A stretch of DNA of 64,000 nucleotides from Felis catus (Eukaryota). The notes below the pieces were generated by a model. That model was not told where the DNA came from, ran no database searches, and worked only from the letters and a program-made list of their open reading frames with translations. Below are positions 24,245 to 36,893 of the stretch, one piece after another. The stretch is taken from positions 52,640,001-52,704,000 of the forward strand of contig NC_058368.1 in the NCBI RefSeq assembly GCF_018350175.1. Direction: 5' to 3'. Positions within the stretch are counted from its first letter, which is position 1. The number at the start of each line of letters is the position of its first letter. The position numbers and the translations under genes are program-made.

Positions 24245-24381
24245 CACACTTTATGCTGGAAACTCCAGAAAAGGAAATTGCTTTAGAGAAAAAAGAATAA
24301 GATGTTGAAAAGAGAACTTTCTTTTCCCTTCCATCGTTTTGGCTTCTTTGCTTCTTATCTCTGCCTCTCTCTCTCCCTCCC

Positions 24382-24424
<43 letters not shown>
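24202..24424. repeat. (AC)~24 at 24202-24249 and (GT)20 at 24385-24424, mutually inverted
   Basis: Direct read. Confidence 0.95.
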
Positions 24425-24429
<5 letters not shown>

Positions 24430-26723
24430 CTTTTCCAATAGGAGATAGGATCAAGCCAGTTTATAGGAAAATGTGATTAAAATATTAATTCAAACCAACT
24501 TGAAAGAAAGAAACCTAAGCTCTGATCCGGACTTTATTTTTTATGTATGCTCTTATTGTGAAATCAAAACCTAAGAAGAATGAATCAATTAGCCAACCTG
24601 TTATATGGCCCTTGTGTGGCAGGCAGATCAAGGGCCTCCCGTGAGAACCACAGTTCAGGTGCCGAGTCCCCAGGGATACAGCACTTGCCCCGGGTGATAA
24701 TAACAGCCCAGATGCTATCACTTCTGTGGCAAGAGAGCTGGAGAGCGGCAAGAGGCTACTTATGGGAGGCAGAGATCAGATAAATAATCTTTCTGGTCCT
24801 TCTCACATCAAAGAGGTCTGTATTTCTACCGCAGAGCCGATCTTATTTCTATAAACCTTAATTTGAGTTCGCGTGGATCTTTTCTTCCAATAAACGCATC
24901 CGTATTTATCATATATTAGCACTCAATACTCAAATTCCAAGAAGAGCCCACAGGCGTCACCATGGCTTTTTCTTTCTTTCTATTCTTTTCTTCTACCCTC
25001 CACCCCCTTTGCAGCCAGAGAGGGGAGTAAGAAAGATGTTCACTTGCTGGTGTGAGGAGCCGCGTTTCCATCCATTACGTAGTCCCTGGGGAGTGCTAAA
25101 TGCAACTTTATCTCTGCAGGGAATGGAGAGGAGCAGGACTTCGCTGGAGGGAGCGAGTGAGTCCTAAGGTAGTCGCCGCCCCGGGTGTCCAGGCTTAACC
25201 TAATCCTTCTTGACACCCCTCGCAGCGGTTCCCCGAGCTCTCTCACTAGGGGAAGGAAGGGTCCCACAGAGGGCGAGCGCCTAGATCCTGTCTGCCCCCC
25301 AGGGAAACGCTGGCCTTTAGGGACCCTGAAGCGTGCACAGGAGACAGGATTTCAAACAGCGCAGGTTAGGGCTGGGTGGACCTCCAGAGAGCGAGGCCAG
25401 CCCCTGAGTACCGGAAGCTCATCTCTGCTCACACTACCACCCTGGGAGGGCACCAGGAAATCCAGCGGGGAGACCCCCTGACAGAGATCAGAAGTTCACC
25501 GCTCCCACCCCCCACTCATCTCCTAGTTCACATTTCTTTGGACACCTTTCTTAAGACAACACCTAGGGGTGGGGCCAGACCTCTGCCCAGAATATCTCAG
25601 CTTTTCCCGGGGTTAGAAATAGGAGGGCTATGGGTTCAATTCCCAATCCACCCCCCAACCAATGGACTGGAAGCCCATTTAGGGCACATCCGTGTCCACC
25701 ATGGTACTTAGCAAGGTGTTTGTCACAGAGTAAAAACGCCCCATGAAATAATGTGTGTCTGGGAAGGAAGACAAGGCAGATGGAGGGGCAGGAGTAAAAG
25801 CCAGAGAATTCAACAAGCCAAGGTTAATGGGGTGGGGGGGAGAGCTAGAGGAAGATCACTGAAGGGTCTCCTCTCCTCCTAAAAAGGAGATGAAGACTGG
25901 GCCAGAGGGGTGTGTTGTCCCCACACAGAGCTGTAAATCTGGATAGCAGCTTGTTCTTTTTTTGGAGTTCAATTATTTCATCTCTCCCTCATTTACTTTT
26001 TACTTTCCTTTCCTTCCTCAAATGCTTGGTAATCACCAGTCGGGGCCAGGGCAAGACACTGGAGAGAAAATGAGGTATAAAATATGGGTATCTGCCCTCT
26101 AGGAGGTGGCAGTCTAGGAGAGTGGGGCAGCCCTAGGTGAAGAGGCGTTTGTGGTATAGGTGTGACAGGTACAACGAGAGGGCATTGTACAGAAATACGG
26201 GACAGTTTGGGAGATGATGCTGGGATACTTATCTTGCCACATCCCTGCCGGGCCTCAGCTCCAGGCTAGAGAATGGGGCATAGTGGCAGGTCTGCAGGCA
26301 GTTCCTTGGTCCTTCTCTACTTACCCCAAGGCTGAAAGAAAAGGGTGATGGACTGGGGCTCACCAATATGTTACTGCTTTGTTTTCCTGGATTGGCAAGC
26401 TCAGTAACTAGCTGGCCCCTGCCTGTGCTAATGATGCCCACATGGGGTCTGAGCCTTGGCATAGATTCCTGGAAAGATTCCCCCCACCTTCCTTCTCCTT
26501 GTTTAATGACCACCACAGATTCTCCCCTCCCCCTAGCTCATAGCTTTGCATTTTATCAAGAGGGGGATAATGAATGCACAGCTATTGATTTCCAAGGAAT
26601 TTCCGCCCCCAGGGATAGGGAGTCTATCATCTGGATCAGAGACACATTTCTTTCCCTCATTAATTAATTTTCTCCTCCTCCTTTGGCAGGCCCCACTTCA
26701 CATCTCCTTTGGCAGCTCCTTCC

Positions 26724-26724
<1 letters not shown>

Positions 26725-26756
<32 letters not shown>
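26725..26756. repeat. C32 homopolymer
   Basis: Direct read. Confidence 0.95.
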
Positions 26757-27049
26757 AGCTCAGAGAGCAGAGATTCCTTGGTTGGAGTGAGGGCCAGCAC
26801 TGCTGGGAGTGAACTCTCCTAGCCTTGGACACCCACGCACCCACCCACCCACCCACCTCTCCAGCTCTGGAGAGAACGCCTGACAGCTGCTGCCCGCTGG
26901 GGCTACCTTTCTCCTTCCAAAGGGGTACGGGGAAAATTAGCACTGGACTCCGCAGCCACTACCTGCACGCATACACACACCTATGGGATTGGACCCGAGT
27001 TATTTGTTCGTTTTCAGGGACAGGGTTTTGGCCCTGAAGAATGTCTACT

Positions 27050-29600
27050 TAAGTGCGTGGAGGTTGTGTGTGTATAGGGAGGAGAGGATCGGGCCCCGGG
27101 TTCTAGCGTGAACCCAGAGATCTGGCGCTACCTGCAGGCCGGCCACCTCGGGTTCTGGCGCCTGGAGCAGGAGCTCTGCACCTGCCAGATTTGGGGAGCC
27201 ACGTTTCCCGCGGGCACTTGCCCAGTTTTGAAACTAGGCACATTGCACAGCGCAGTCAGCACTCTGCGCGCAGAGAAAGCCCCCAGAGCCCAAAGCTGGC
27301 CGGTTGCAGAGGCCGCTTGGGTTGTTTTTAAGCAGTGTGAAGGGGCAGGCCCAGAGTAGGGGCGGGGGTCGGTTCTCCGAAGAGGAGCAGCACTTGGGTG
27401 GGCCCTGCACCCTCTTGCTCCGACACTTTCTGTCTGAAGGGTGGAATGGAGGAGCTGCTGGTGACTGTACTTTCGCTTCCTCTCCCGGCCGCCTTCCCGG
27501 GCCAAGCCTGGGCTGCCTCTCAGCGCTTCCCTCGCGCACGCCGGTCGCGTCTCTCCTGCTGGCAGGGGCCCGGGATCCTCGCGGGTCCTGCCGGGGTCCT
27601 CAGACCTCCTCCACGCAGACCGCAAGGCCGCAGCACCCACCGGGGCCGGCGCTTGGCGGTGGCCCTACCCTCTAGCCAGCTCCAGGGCCCAGCTCTGCCC
27701 CAGCAGCGAATTCAGAGTCACGTCCTTGCTGGCAGGAGCTCGGAGATTTCCTGAAGGCCCTGTCCTCCCTTTCGCGCCCGGCCCGCGCCCGGCCCGCACC
27801 CTGGGCTGCTTGTCTTGCCCCCAAAGCTGAAGGGGGTGAGTTATAGAGGCCCACGGTGATCTCCCGTAAGGATCCCGCCCCGCGTTCAGACCGGATTCCA
27901 GATGGGACCTGAGGAGAAGGTTCTTGAGGGAGCCGGTCGAAAACCTACTGTTTTCTTTCTTCTGGCCGTTTAATTCAAGTGCAACTTCCGTTGGGAACAT
28001 TTTCCTGGATGTCGACCACCCCACCCCGAGATGATGCGCCCCCAGTAAAGTTCACTGCCGGTCACTATCACTCTTGGCGTTACACGTGGAGATTATCTGT
28101 GTTTCTCTGTATCTATCTATCCATCCATCCGCTCCACCTTAATCTTAATCTCTCTGTGGACTTAAAACCAACCTACCTTGTGAAAGATCTGCGGGTGAGG
28201 CCGGACAACTACATCTCCATCCTAACAGGGGCATGGCCTCCCCCGCCCGCTAGCTGCCAGAACCAGTTACGCTGTCCGGGTGAACAATGTTGTATCACTA
28301 AACGGGGCCACGCGCCCGTGTGGTCTAGATCCCAAGAGGAGGCAAGTCGCCCCCGCCCCACCCAGGCTCTTTCAAAACTGGAAGAGCGCGCTGGTCAGAG
28401 AAGGGGTTCGAGGTCCCCGGGTTAAAAACAACAACGAACGAACCAACTCTACAGCAGGCACTCCCGCCAGTGACCCTATGCGACGAGATGGAAATTCTGT
28501 CGCCTTCCCTCGGCTCAGCCGCCTGCCCACCGCTGCGACTCGGACGCACGCAGGCCCCAGGTGGAGGGAGCTCCGCTGGCGCAAGTGGACAGCAGAGGAC
28601 CCCCGGCCCTCCACGAGTGCGGTTCCGGGGACCCGGAGGCTGGCGCCCATCGCCCTCCGCAAGCTCAGCTCTGCCTGCTGGAGCAGGATCCCTAGGAGAG
28701 CCGGGAGCCGCCGAGGAAAGCGCGAAGCCGCGAGTCCAAGCGCCAGAAGTGCGGAGTTGGGTCCTGTCGCCGGGCTCCAGCGCTCGCCGGCGCCGCCGCC
28801 AGCCGCCCCTCCTCCTCGCCGCCCGCACAAATCAAAGCCCCTTGCGAGGGACTGGGAAATAGTTGCCTTGTCATGTAACACATTGCCCTGATTTATTATA
28901 AAATTTTAACGAAATCATGCATATTTTAACAGCCTTTAATCACTGCATGAAAATTTAATTCATGGACTGTAGCGCGTTTAAATAAATGAAGTGTTAATTC
29001 ATTAGGATTAATTAATTTGTTAAAGGATTGTGTGCAAGGTTAAGGTGGAAAGAAAACTCTTTGTTGGTTTCGCGTCTTAATCGCCAGGTTTCGGGAGTGG
29101 TAATAAAATGAAAGGAAACCTCAAAGCAAGTCGTTTCTTCGGGTGGGGTCTGGGCGGGACCAGCTGACAGCGCCCTCGAGAGCGCGGGATATTCCGGCCC
29201 GAGGGGCCTGGGCGGGTGGGTCCCCCCCGGGGCACTGGGGGGGGGGGCGGGGGTTGGGGGAAGAGCAGCACTGGCTGCGGAAATCCCGGAAGGCTGGGTT
29301 CCTTGGAATCAGAGAGAGGAAAGGGGGCTCAGAGCCGAGGCTAGCGGGCTAGACCTCACCTCCCCACCTTCAGCACAAAGATGACCCTGTGAGTGAAGCG
29401 AGGTCGCGCCTTCCGGCCCTCGAAGCGCAAAGCCTCGGCTTAATGGACAGATGATGGGCCAGCCATGCCACCTCCTGAGCCTTCCAGCGCCCAGGGAGTC
29501 ACTGTCTCGCCATCAGGCCGCCGGCCCTGGCGGCGAGGGCGAGCTTAGAGCCTCAGGAGACGCTTGGAAAGAGGAGGCGGAGCAAAGCCAAACTTGCAAG
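27050..29600. promoter_or_regulatory. Upstream CpG island(s) of POU4F1, including a candidate autoregulatory enhancer
   Basis: CpG-dense sequence with an embedded AT-rich cluster of POU/homeodomain sites at 28885-29025. Confidence 0.75.
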
Positions 29601-31483
29601 CTCAGGCTGGAGCAATCTAGAAACCTTTCTCAATCAGGAGCCTTGACATCAGAGAATGGGTCCTTCAGCATCTCTTCTGAGACGTCTGCTAAACAGGTGC
29701 TCCTTCAAGGATAGCGGACGAGCAAGGGACGTTCTTTTCCGCACCGAGCTCTTATTCATCCTTAAAGACCCAAAGCTAACAGCACTTCCGGTAAGATGCC
29801 TGATTTCCTCTCTGCTCCAACCTACCCCCAACACCGACTTTTTCTACTCACCACGTTATTAGAATCAAAAAGGGCCACAACTAGCTCCTGTCCTCATAGA
29901 AAGTCTCATTTACATGCCTAAATCATTGCCCTTGGGAACTGGATCTTTACACCCCCAAATTACAAGTGTCACACAAGGCACACACTTCTTTCTCCACAGT
30001 TGGTTGATCCAAGGACCATTTCTTAGAGGGGGGTCTGCTCCCTGATAAGACACAGCAAGCCTAAAAATCTACCGTTTCATGAAGTGGAACTTCAAGGTAT
30101 TTCTAGGCTGCATCTGTCACATAAAACTGAAGATCACCCTAGCTTGAGCTCCAGAAGGGTTCTTCTTAAAAGAAATCTGCATCTTAATAGATGTTTCCTC
30201 GCTCAGAGTGGGGTTCCGAGAATTAGGCAATAAATGTTCACTATGCACTCTGAGATCATTGCTTAAAAGGTTTTCTCTCTGCCAAGTATTATTAAAAGGG
30301 TAGGGTTACATCATTACAGGCAAAGACAGTGTTGTAGGACTCGCACAAATAGGAATGAAAGACCTTATGAGGCTTTGGGAAATACTTTTAATCTAATAAG
30401 CCACATTCCATAAAAGTTAAACTGTTATCTCAGTTTGATGTTCTACAAGTGTCATTCACAGGTACAAAATCTAGTGTATGTATTACACTTTGAATAACTG
30501 AAAACCATTCAAGTATTAGAAACAAGTTTCTGAAACAGCTTAGGGTGTAAGACCAAAGTTCTTCCCTTGTTCAGTGGTACCTTTAGTTTTGAACCAAATG
30601 TAGATACGAAAGAGATTATAGAAATACAAAGTATATTTGAAATTTAAGGGACTATAAATCTTAAAGTCTCCCATTTTCAGTTTTAGTCTCAAAGGATCCA
30701 TTAAAACAGGAAAAAGACATGTCATTATGGACAGAATTAAGATTTTGAAAATTAAAAGATGAACACTAAAGGTCATGTGAGAACAAAATCTAGCATCACG
30801 TCACATTTCCTTAGCCATTACATTTTAGATGAGCAATCAAAAGATGCTGTTTTTATAGACATGAACTGTTAGTGTCTGCTTCTCTTATCAAGAGTGCATC
30901 TTTTTCTAACACAGCCTCTCAGTAGGGAGAGGCTACATGTCAGAGTTAATGTGAATCTTTCTACAGTTAAAAGTGGCACACAACTCCCATCCTTGAGTTT
31001 CTACCTTAGTAGTGGAGTTAGACCCTGGAACACTGGCAGGAATTAAATGCTACTTGAAAAGAAACATGCTAATACTTCTAAAGTAGTACTTTAAAAAGAA
31101 TCCTTGGAAATTTCAATTCCATTCATCCTTTGGCCTACAAATGCGAACTCTCATGCGTGGGGGAGGAAGAGTACAAGGTCTGGAGTCAGAGGCCCAGCTC
31201 TAAGACATGGTTCTGTCCCATTCCAGCCACGTAATCACTAATCTTCAATTCACTTATTTGTAAGGTGGGGATAAGAGTTCTTGACTCACAGAGTTTGAAA
31301 AGAGGATTATTAGGAAATAAAATTTAGCAAAGTACTTGGTTTCAATAGAAGTTTTTGTTTTGTGTTTACAGTGTGCATATAATAGATGTACTTGAAAATA
31401 CGAAACCACTGTACTTATTATGATATATCAGATTATGGTAAAAGAGTACAAATGAGAATATGTGATTAAAATAAAATCCTGCA

Positions 31484-31687
31484 GGGGTGGCTGAGTGGCC
31501 CAGTTGGTTAAGTTTCTGACTTCAGCTCAGGTCATGATCTTGTGGTTTGTGAGTCTGAGCCCCACATTGGGCTCTGTGCTGACAGAGCTCAAAGCCTGCT
31601 TCAGATCCTCTGTCTCCCTCTCTCTCCACCCTCCCCTCTCCCCTCATTCTATCTCCCTCTCTCTCTCAAAAATAAACATTAAAAAAA
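31484..31687 (+). mobile_element. CAN-SINE (SINEC_Fc-like)
   Basis: tRNA-derived head, CT-rich segment, A tail; TSD aaaataaaatcctg. Confidence 0.9.
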
Positions 31688-32274
31688 TAAAATCCTGGAG
31701 GTTATTACCTTCAACTGAAAAAGTCACAGGTTTAATTTAATACATGAAATATTGTTTTAGGAAGGATGGAGCAAGGTTTCTGAAGCAGCTGGGAAATACT
31801 CTGGTCCAATATAGACACTAACCCTGATGAGGCATTAGTAAATCAGGTTACACATTCTGGATTGCCATGGCACACTGTCAGTTTACACTGGATTAATGAA
31901 TTTAAAACTGACACATTCATAGTGAAGAAGAGTTACAGACAGAATTAGAGTCAGGCTTACCCCCAAGTTTACTCTGTGATTACTGAGAAAAATTGTAGGT
32001 TTTTATATTTAGTGAAATTTCAAATATATTTACCACATTGTCAAAGACACCTAAACTATTAATATCTCTAAGAGTATCCATTAACATATCAAAAGAAAAA
32101 ATACCACACAAATACTTATTGGAAAACATACATGATAAAATAAAAATGATGCTTTACATTAGCTTTTCTTTTGGGCCCTTATTATTTCCAAAAGTGGAGG
32201 GCATGATTCTTCAAATCATAAAACTGATTTGTTATACTTTTATGGTTTTATTGAATCCTTAGAATCTATTATAA

Positions 32275-32613
32275 CAGGGGTCAGCAAATTTTTCTGTAAA
32301 AGGCCAAACAGTAAATATTTTAGGCTTTGTGGGCCATACGGTCTCAGTGGCAACTATTCAACTCTGCCACTGCAACGCAAAAGCAGTTACAGATATTACG
32401 TAAACAAATGAGTGTAGCTATGTTCTAATAAAGACTTTATTTAGAAACACTGAAATTTGAATTTTATATCATTTTTCTGTATTAGGAAGTATTTTGGATT
32501 TTCAAAGACCATCAAAAAGCGCAAAAACCATTTTTATAGTTCACAGAACTTCCTTCCACAAAAAAGAGGTATAGGCCAGATTTGGTCCATGCTCCATAGT
32601 TTGTCAACCCCTA
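32275..32613 (+). mobile_element. hAT-Charlie MITE, MER58B-like
   Basis: TIRs caggggtcagcaaa / tttgtcaaccccta. 8-bp TSD tattataa / tattatca. ~339 bp. Confidence 0.85.
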
Positions 32614-32689
32614 TATTATCATGACCAATTAAAAATTACAAGTTTTACTGGTCTTTATAGGCTAATTCAATATCTGAGACACCATCAAG

Positions 32690-33922
32690 GATTACAGTGC
32701 TTATGACATCCTTTATTCAATTCACATAGAAAAGCATGCAGTATTAATGTAAAACAGTACAGTATTAATGTAAAATGTTCAGTGCACATTAGATAAACAA
32801 GTCATTAGCATACAAACCATTTTGAAAGGCCTATGTAGGCATACCAAACATGTTTAGAATATACTTTTTCAGAGCCCAAATTAAAAATTGTGCTTAGCTC
32901 ACCTATTCTCATCTCCTTAACATTCTTCATGAAAAAAATTTTTATCCTACATAAAAGATATTCTATTAGCCAACTAAAACTTTTTCTTCTTAAGTAAGGA
33001 AAACAGTGCAAGCAAGAACGCTACCATGCATACAGTTTCCACAAAGAATAGTAACATGCAAACAAGAACTTGATCACTCCAAAAAAAGCCCCACCAGGAT
33101 AAAAGTGGATCAAGAACTTGGCAAAGGGCAGTTCTGCACCTGTGCATCTGGAACAATAAAGCTACCATGTTTAGGATCCTCCAAACCCAACCGTTCTGTG
33201 CCTTCTTTCCAAAGTAGGCTCAATTTCTGATTTTCGACGCACACAAAAAGATGAGCAAATGAAAGCTACCCGATATAAAACAAATATTTTCATATACAAA
33301 ACGTATTCTTTCATACTAGCAAAATGTTTTCACAAAAACCGGACAAAACACAATGTTAAAAACGCAAACATACATAAAACCTAAAAAAAAAAAAAAGCGA
33401 ATGAATACTGGACTAAGCTTAGAGTGCTATTTTTCCACCACGGCCTTGCCTAAAAGTTGGGCCATCACTAAACATAAATAAAAAGGGGCAGGCAAAATAA
33501 CTTCCACCCAAGGAAAGCTTTAAAGAAACTCAAGTGTCTTATAAGCAGTGTGTAGACAATATGAAAAGTTTTATTGAAGAAATCCACGTTCTGAAGACAA
33601 CTGAGGCTCATTTACAGGCCACTGTATCTAACAGCTAAATCAAGACTCAAGAAAACAAAATACACCCAAACCAGATACATATAATATTCATTAAAAGAAA
33701 CCCTCTCCCTACCTTTTCTGATTAAAAAGATCCCCAAATGAAAATGAAAAAGGACAAATTCTTTAAAAGTATTCTGGGTACAGGCTAATTCACCATTCTG
33801 ACTTGACACTTGACTACAGATTATCAATTCAAAATTGTACAGAACTTTTATGAGGGAAAAAGTAACTTTAAAAACTTATATTCCTCTCAGGACGAAAACA
33901 CAAATGACACCTTTCTAATGAG
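32690..33922 (-). other. OBI1: OBI1 3'UTR with proximal (33575-33570) and distal (32717-32712) AATAAA
   Basis: Two minus-strand AATAAA hexamers downstream of the stop; U-rich UTR. Confidence 0.6.
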
Positions 33923-35438
33923 TCAACTTTTCGTTGCTTTTGATGGGCTGGCATTGGAAAGACTGCTCTGGATTTTTCTTTTCGTTGACTGAGTGATATT
34001 TTTATTCCTCTTTTCAGGCACAAAAGAAGTAGACCAAGGAGACTGAAGGTGGTTATGAAGACCATGCATCTCTGAGGTCATCTTAAACAAAGATGATCCA
34101 AACCTCTGATCTTCAAATAGCCGGTGTGAACTGCTTAACAAAACACCCTGGGAAAACTCAGTCTGAAACAAACAGCTCGGTGGTTTGATTTCATTAGTTC
34201 CTGGGTTAGAACTGGTATGAAGTGAAAAATCTTCATTCATTTCTTGGTCAGATGGAGAGAGGAGAAAAAATGAAGTGGGTTTCCATTCATTTCCATTTTC
34301 TAACTGATCAGTAGTTAGAGAACCTTTGGATAGGTTTGGCTTAGTTCTTTCATCCAACTTATCTGGTTCCTCAAGAAATTCACTGCCTTGAGAGGACTTT
34401 GATAACCCATCCAAATCTACTGACTTAAAACCGTTATTACAAGGGCTCTTGCTGTTGTCTGACTCCGACATCATTGAATCCAACTCAGATATTTTGTCAA
34501 GGTAAGCTGCGTCCATTGATGCTTCACTGGATGTTCTTGTCCGATTCATTTCAAAACAGCGAATAGAATTCAACCTCTTGGATATGCATGAGCCTGATTT
34601 CTCACTTAATTTTAAAGAAATTTCTCCAACAGAATTTGCTATTGTGTTTCCCTCTGAGCTTTCAAAATCCAAGCTCTGGGCATAGCTCGTGGAACAACAA
34701 TCCCAAAACCCTGTCTTTGAGGAAGTAAAACATTCTGATTTCTTTTCATTTTCACTTCTATCATCTTCTGATGAATCTTTAGTACAAACATTCGAAGAAT
34801 CACAAAAATCATCAAACACCAATTTTCTGAGATGGTTTGAGTGCTTTTTGGAACCCACTGCTTTGACCACAGAGCTCTCTCTATTTTCTGGAGTACTGAG
34901 CTGAAGGCAACTAAGGGACAAAGGAGTACAAGGAGCTGGAAGATCATAAAGTTCTTCATCTTTGTAGGGTATACAATCACTTGGCTTATTACCCCATTCT
35001 CTTTCCAAGTAAGTATCCATACTTGTATCTGTCACATCTAACATTATTTCCACCCGTTTCTGATACAGGTCTTTGTTCTTAGAACAATTTGGTTCTGTTT
35101 TGCTGGTGCTTTCCTGCCTGGCAGAACTGCTGGAAGGCTTTGGCAGGTGAGAACTTGAGGTGGATGAGCCAAGCTGCTTTCTGGCACCATCACCTTGATT
35201 CTTTGATGCCATATCCTCCTCACCGCCTAGGCTCCCCTTGCCATCTGTAGAAAGTGCTCTCTGGCAAATGGAATTTATAGCTTCCTTCTCTTCGCTTGAA
35301 TTTTTTAGCTGTGCAATCTGAGATTCTAGCTCCTCTATATATTTATCACTTCGTTCCAGGGCTTTCTTGAGGCGATTGGTTTCACGTTCATGCTGTTCTA
35401 CTTTGGACTGAAGAGCAGCTACTGTAAACCTTCCAAAC
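33923..35438 (-). CDS. OBI1: OBI1 terminal coding exon 6 (FGRFTVAALQSKVEQ...SPSKATKS*), Ser-rich C-terminal region
   Basis: ccttgcAG acceptor at 35440-35439; phase 2 completes the Lys codon from exon 5. 1516 nt to TGA at 33925-33923, within the 524-aa ORF. Confidence 0.97.
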
Positions 35439-36627
35439 CTGCAAGGAACGGAAGGACAGTTAACTTTACAGTTCAAGCTTTTTTCTTTCTTTTTCAAAGT
35501 TAAGGGTGCAAACTATGTCAGCCCATTCTAATCTCACATACCAGTGACCTTTCAGACCAGTCGATGGAACAGTTCAAAAGCAATACCAGACAGATGTAGT
35601 ATCTTCAAAAAAGAGTTTCTGCACTGTATGTAATAATATGCATATGATAATACTGGCAAAGATCTCGTAGGATACTTTTGTGGTCAAATAAGACTAGTAA
35701 TGGCAGAGAGGCAGAAACTCACTGCTGACTTCCCTTCCAAGAGCTAGCTCTATCAATTCAGCTCATATATGCATGCAGGGTTATCCCCTAAAACAATGGC
35801 AAAGATTTATGATAACATTTGAACAGTGGTCCACATCTTGAAATATTTACATTCAATCATTTTCCTATCGTACAGCAGTGTTTTACAATACATTTCTTGT
35901 ACAATGTCACCTTGTCAAACATAAAATGCCAATTTGAAATTCAGAAATCTTAGCAGTCCCAGCAGGGGTGGTTTTAAATACTTATTTGGACCCTTTCAAT
36001 TATAGCCACCCTTGATCTGAAGCTTTTACTTGGCCTTCTGAACACTGGGCTTTAATTCATTTCATTTCTACTTATTTTTGGCATTTTACAACTGTGTGGG
36101 ACATCAATCTCATTTCTTCCAACTTTGAAATACAAAGTCAGTACCTGTGGTTCCAATATATTACGCATAAAAACATTTTTACATTTCCTGGAAAGGAACA
36201 TTTTGGAGAGTAAATGAAAAAGAACACATCAAAAATTCACTTCTTTTACTCAGCATTATCTTGTTTTCATTATTCCCTTAAGAATGGGTACTGGGTTCAG
36301 CTCAGAAAACGCTTCTGAGCACCTAGTATAGGCTCATGGTATTATCCAGAGTGGGGGATACAAAGATCAATAAGACTGTCCCAGCTCCAATGGATATAAA
36401 ATGTCTACCTTAAATTCCATCTGAGCACCAAAGAAAATTCCATCTTTCAAGAAAACTGCTTCTTACAAGCCAATAAACGTAAGCCTTACATTCTAACCCC
36501 GTGAAAAATATTTCTTGCAGAAGTTCTTTTAAAAAGCCTCCTTTTAATCATCTTTTTGATGACTTAAATATTGATCCATCTTGAAGAATTCACGGATTGT
36601 CTGGAGGGAAGTATTTGAGAAGGTAAC

Positions 36628-36629
<2 letters not shown>

Positions 36630-36659
<30 letters not shown>

Positions 36660-36893
36660 CTTCTTCTTCTTCTTCTTTTCAGTTTACTTACTTATTTTGA
36701 GTGAGCGACAGAGAGTGCATCTGCATGCGAGCAAGTTAGGGAAGGCCAGAGAGAGAGGGAGAGAGAATCCCAAGTAGGCTCCAGGCTGTTAGCACAGAGC
36801 CCTATGTGGGGGCTTGAATCCACGAACTGTGAGATCATAACCTGAGCCAAAATCGAGTCAGACACTTAACCAACTGAGCCACCCAGGTGCCCC
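36630..36893 (-). mobile_element. CAN-SINE with tail converted to (GAA)16
   Basis: Head ggggcacctgggtggctcag on the minus strand; TSD aaggtaact on both sides. Confidence 0.88.

Noticed and set aside
26090..26115. CTCF-like motifs (ctaggaggtggcag / reverse ctcctagagggcag)
   Set aside because: Each has two core mismatches and lies in L2-like decayed sequence; not supportable without ChIP data.
31495..31740. Recurrent MAQLVK...SAQVMI ORFs (also 41103, 41917, 60005, 62769) and tRNA-like A/B boxes
   Set aside because: Translations of CAN-SINE bodies; neither protein genes nor true tRNA genes.
35439..35497. N-terminal 20 aa of the 524-aa OBI1 ORF (and similar flanks of the exon 2, 3 and 4 ORFs)
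   Set aside because: Intronic read-through beyond the splice sites.
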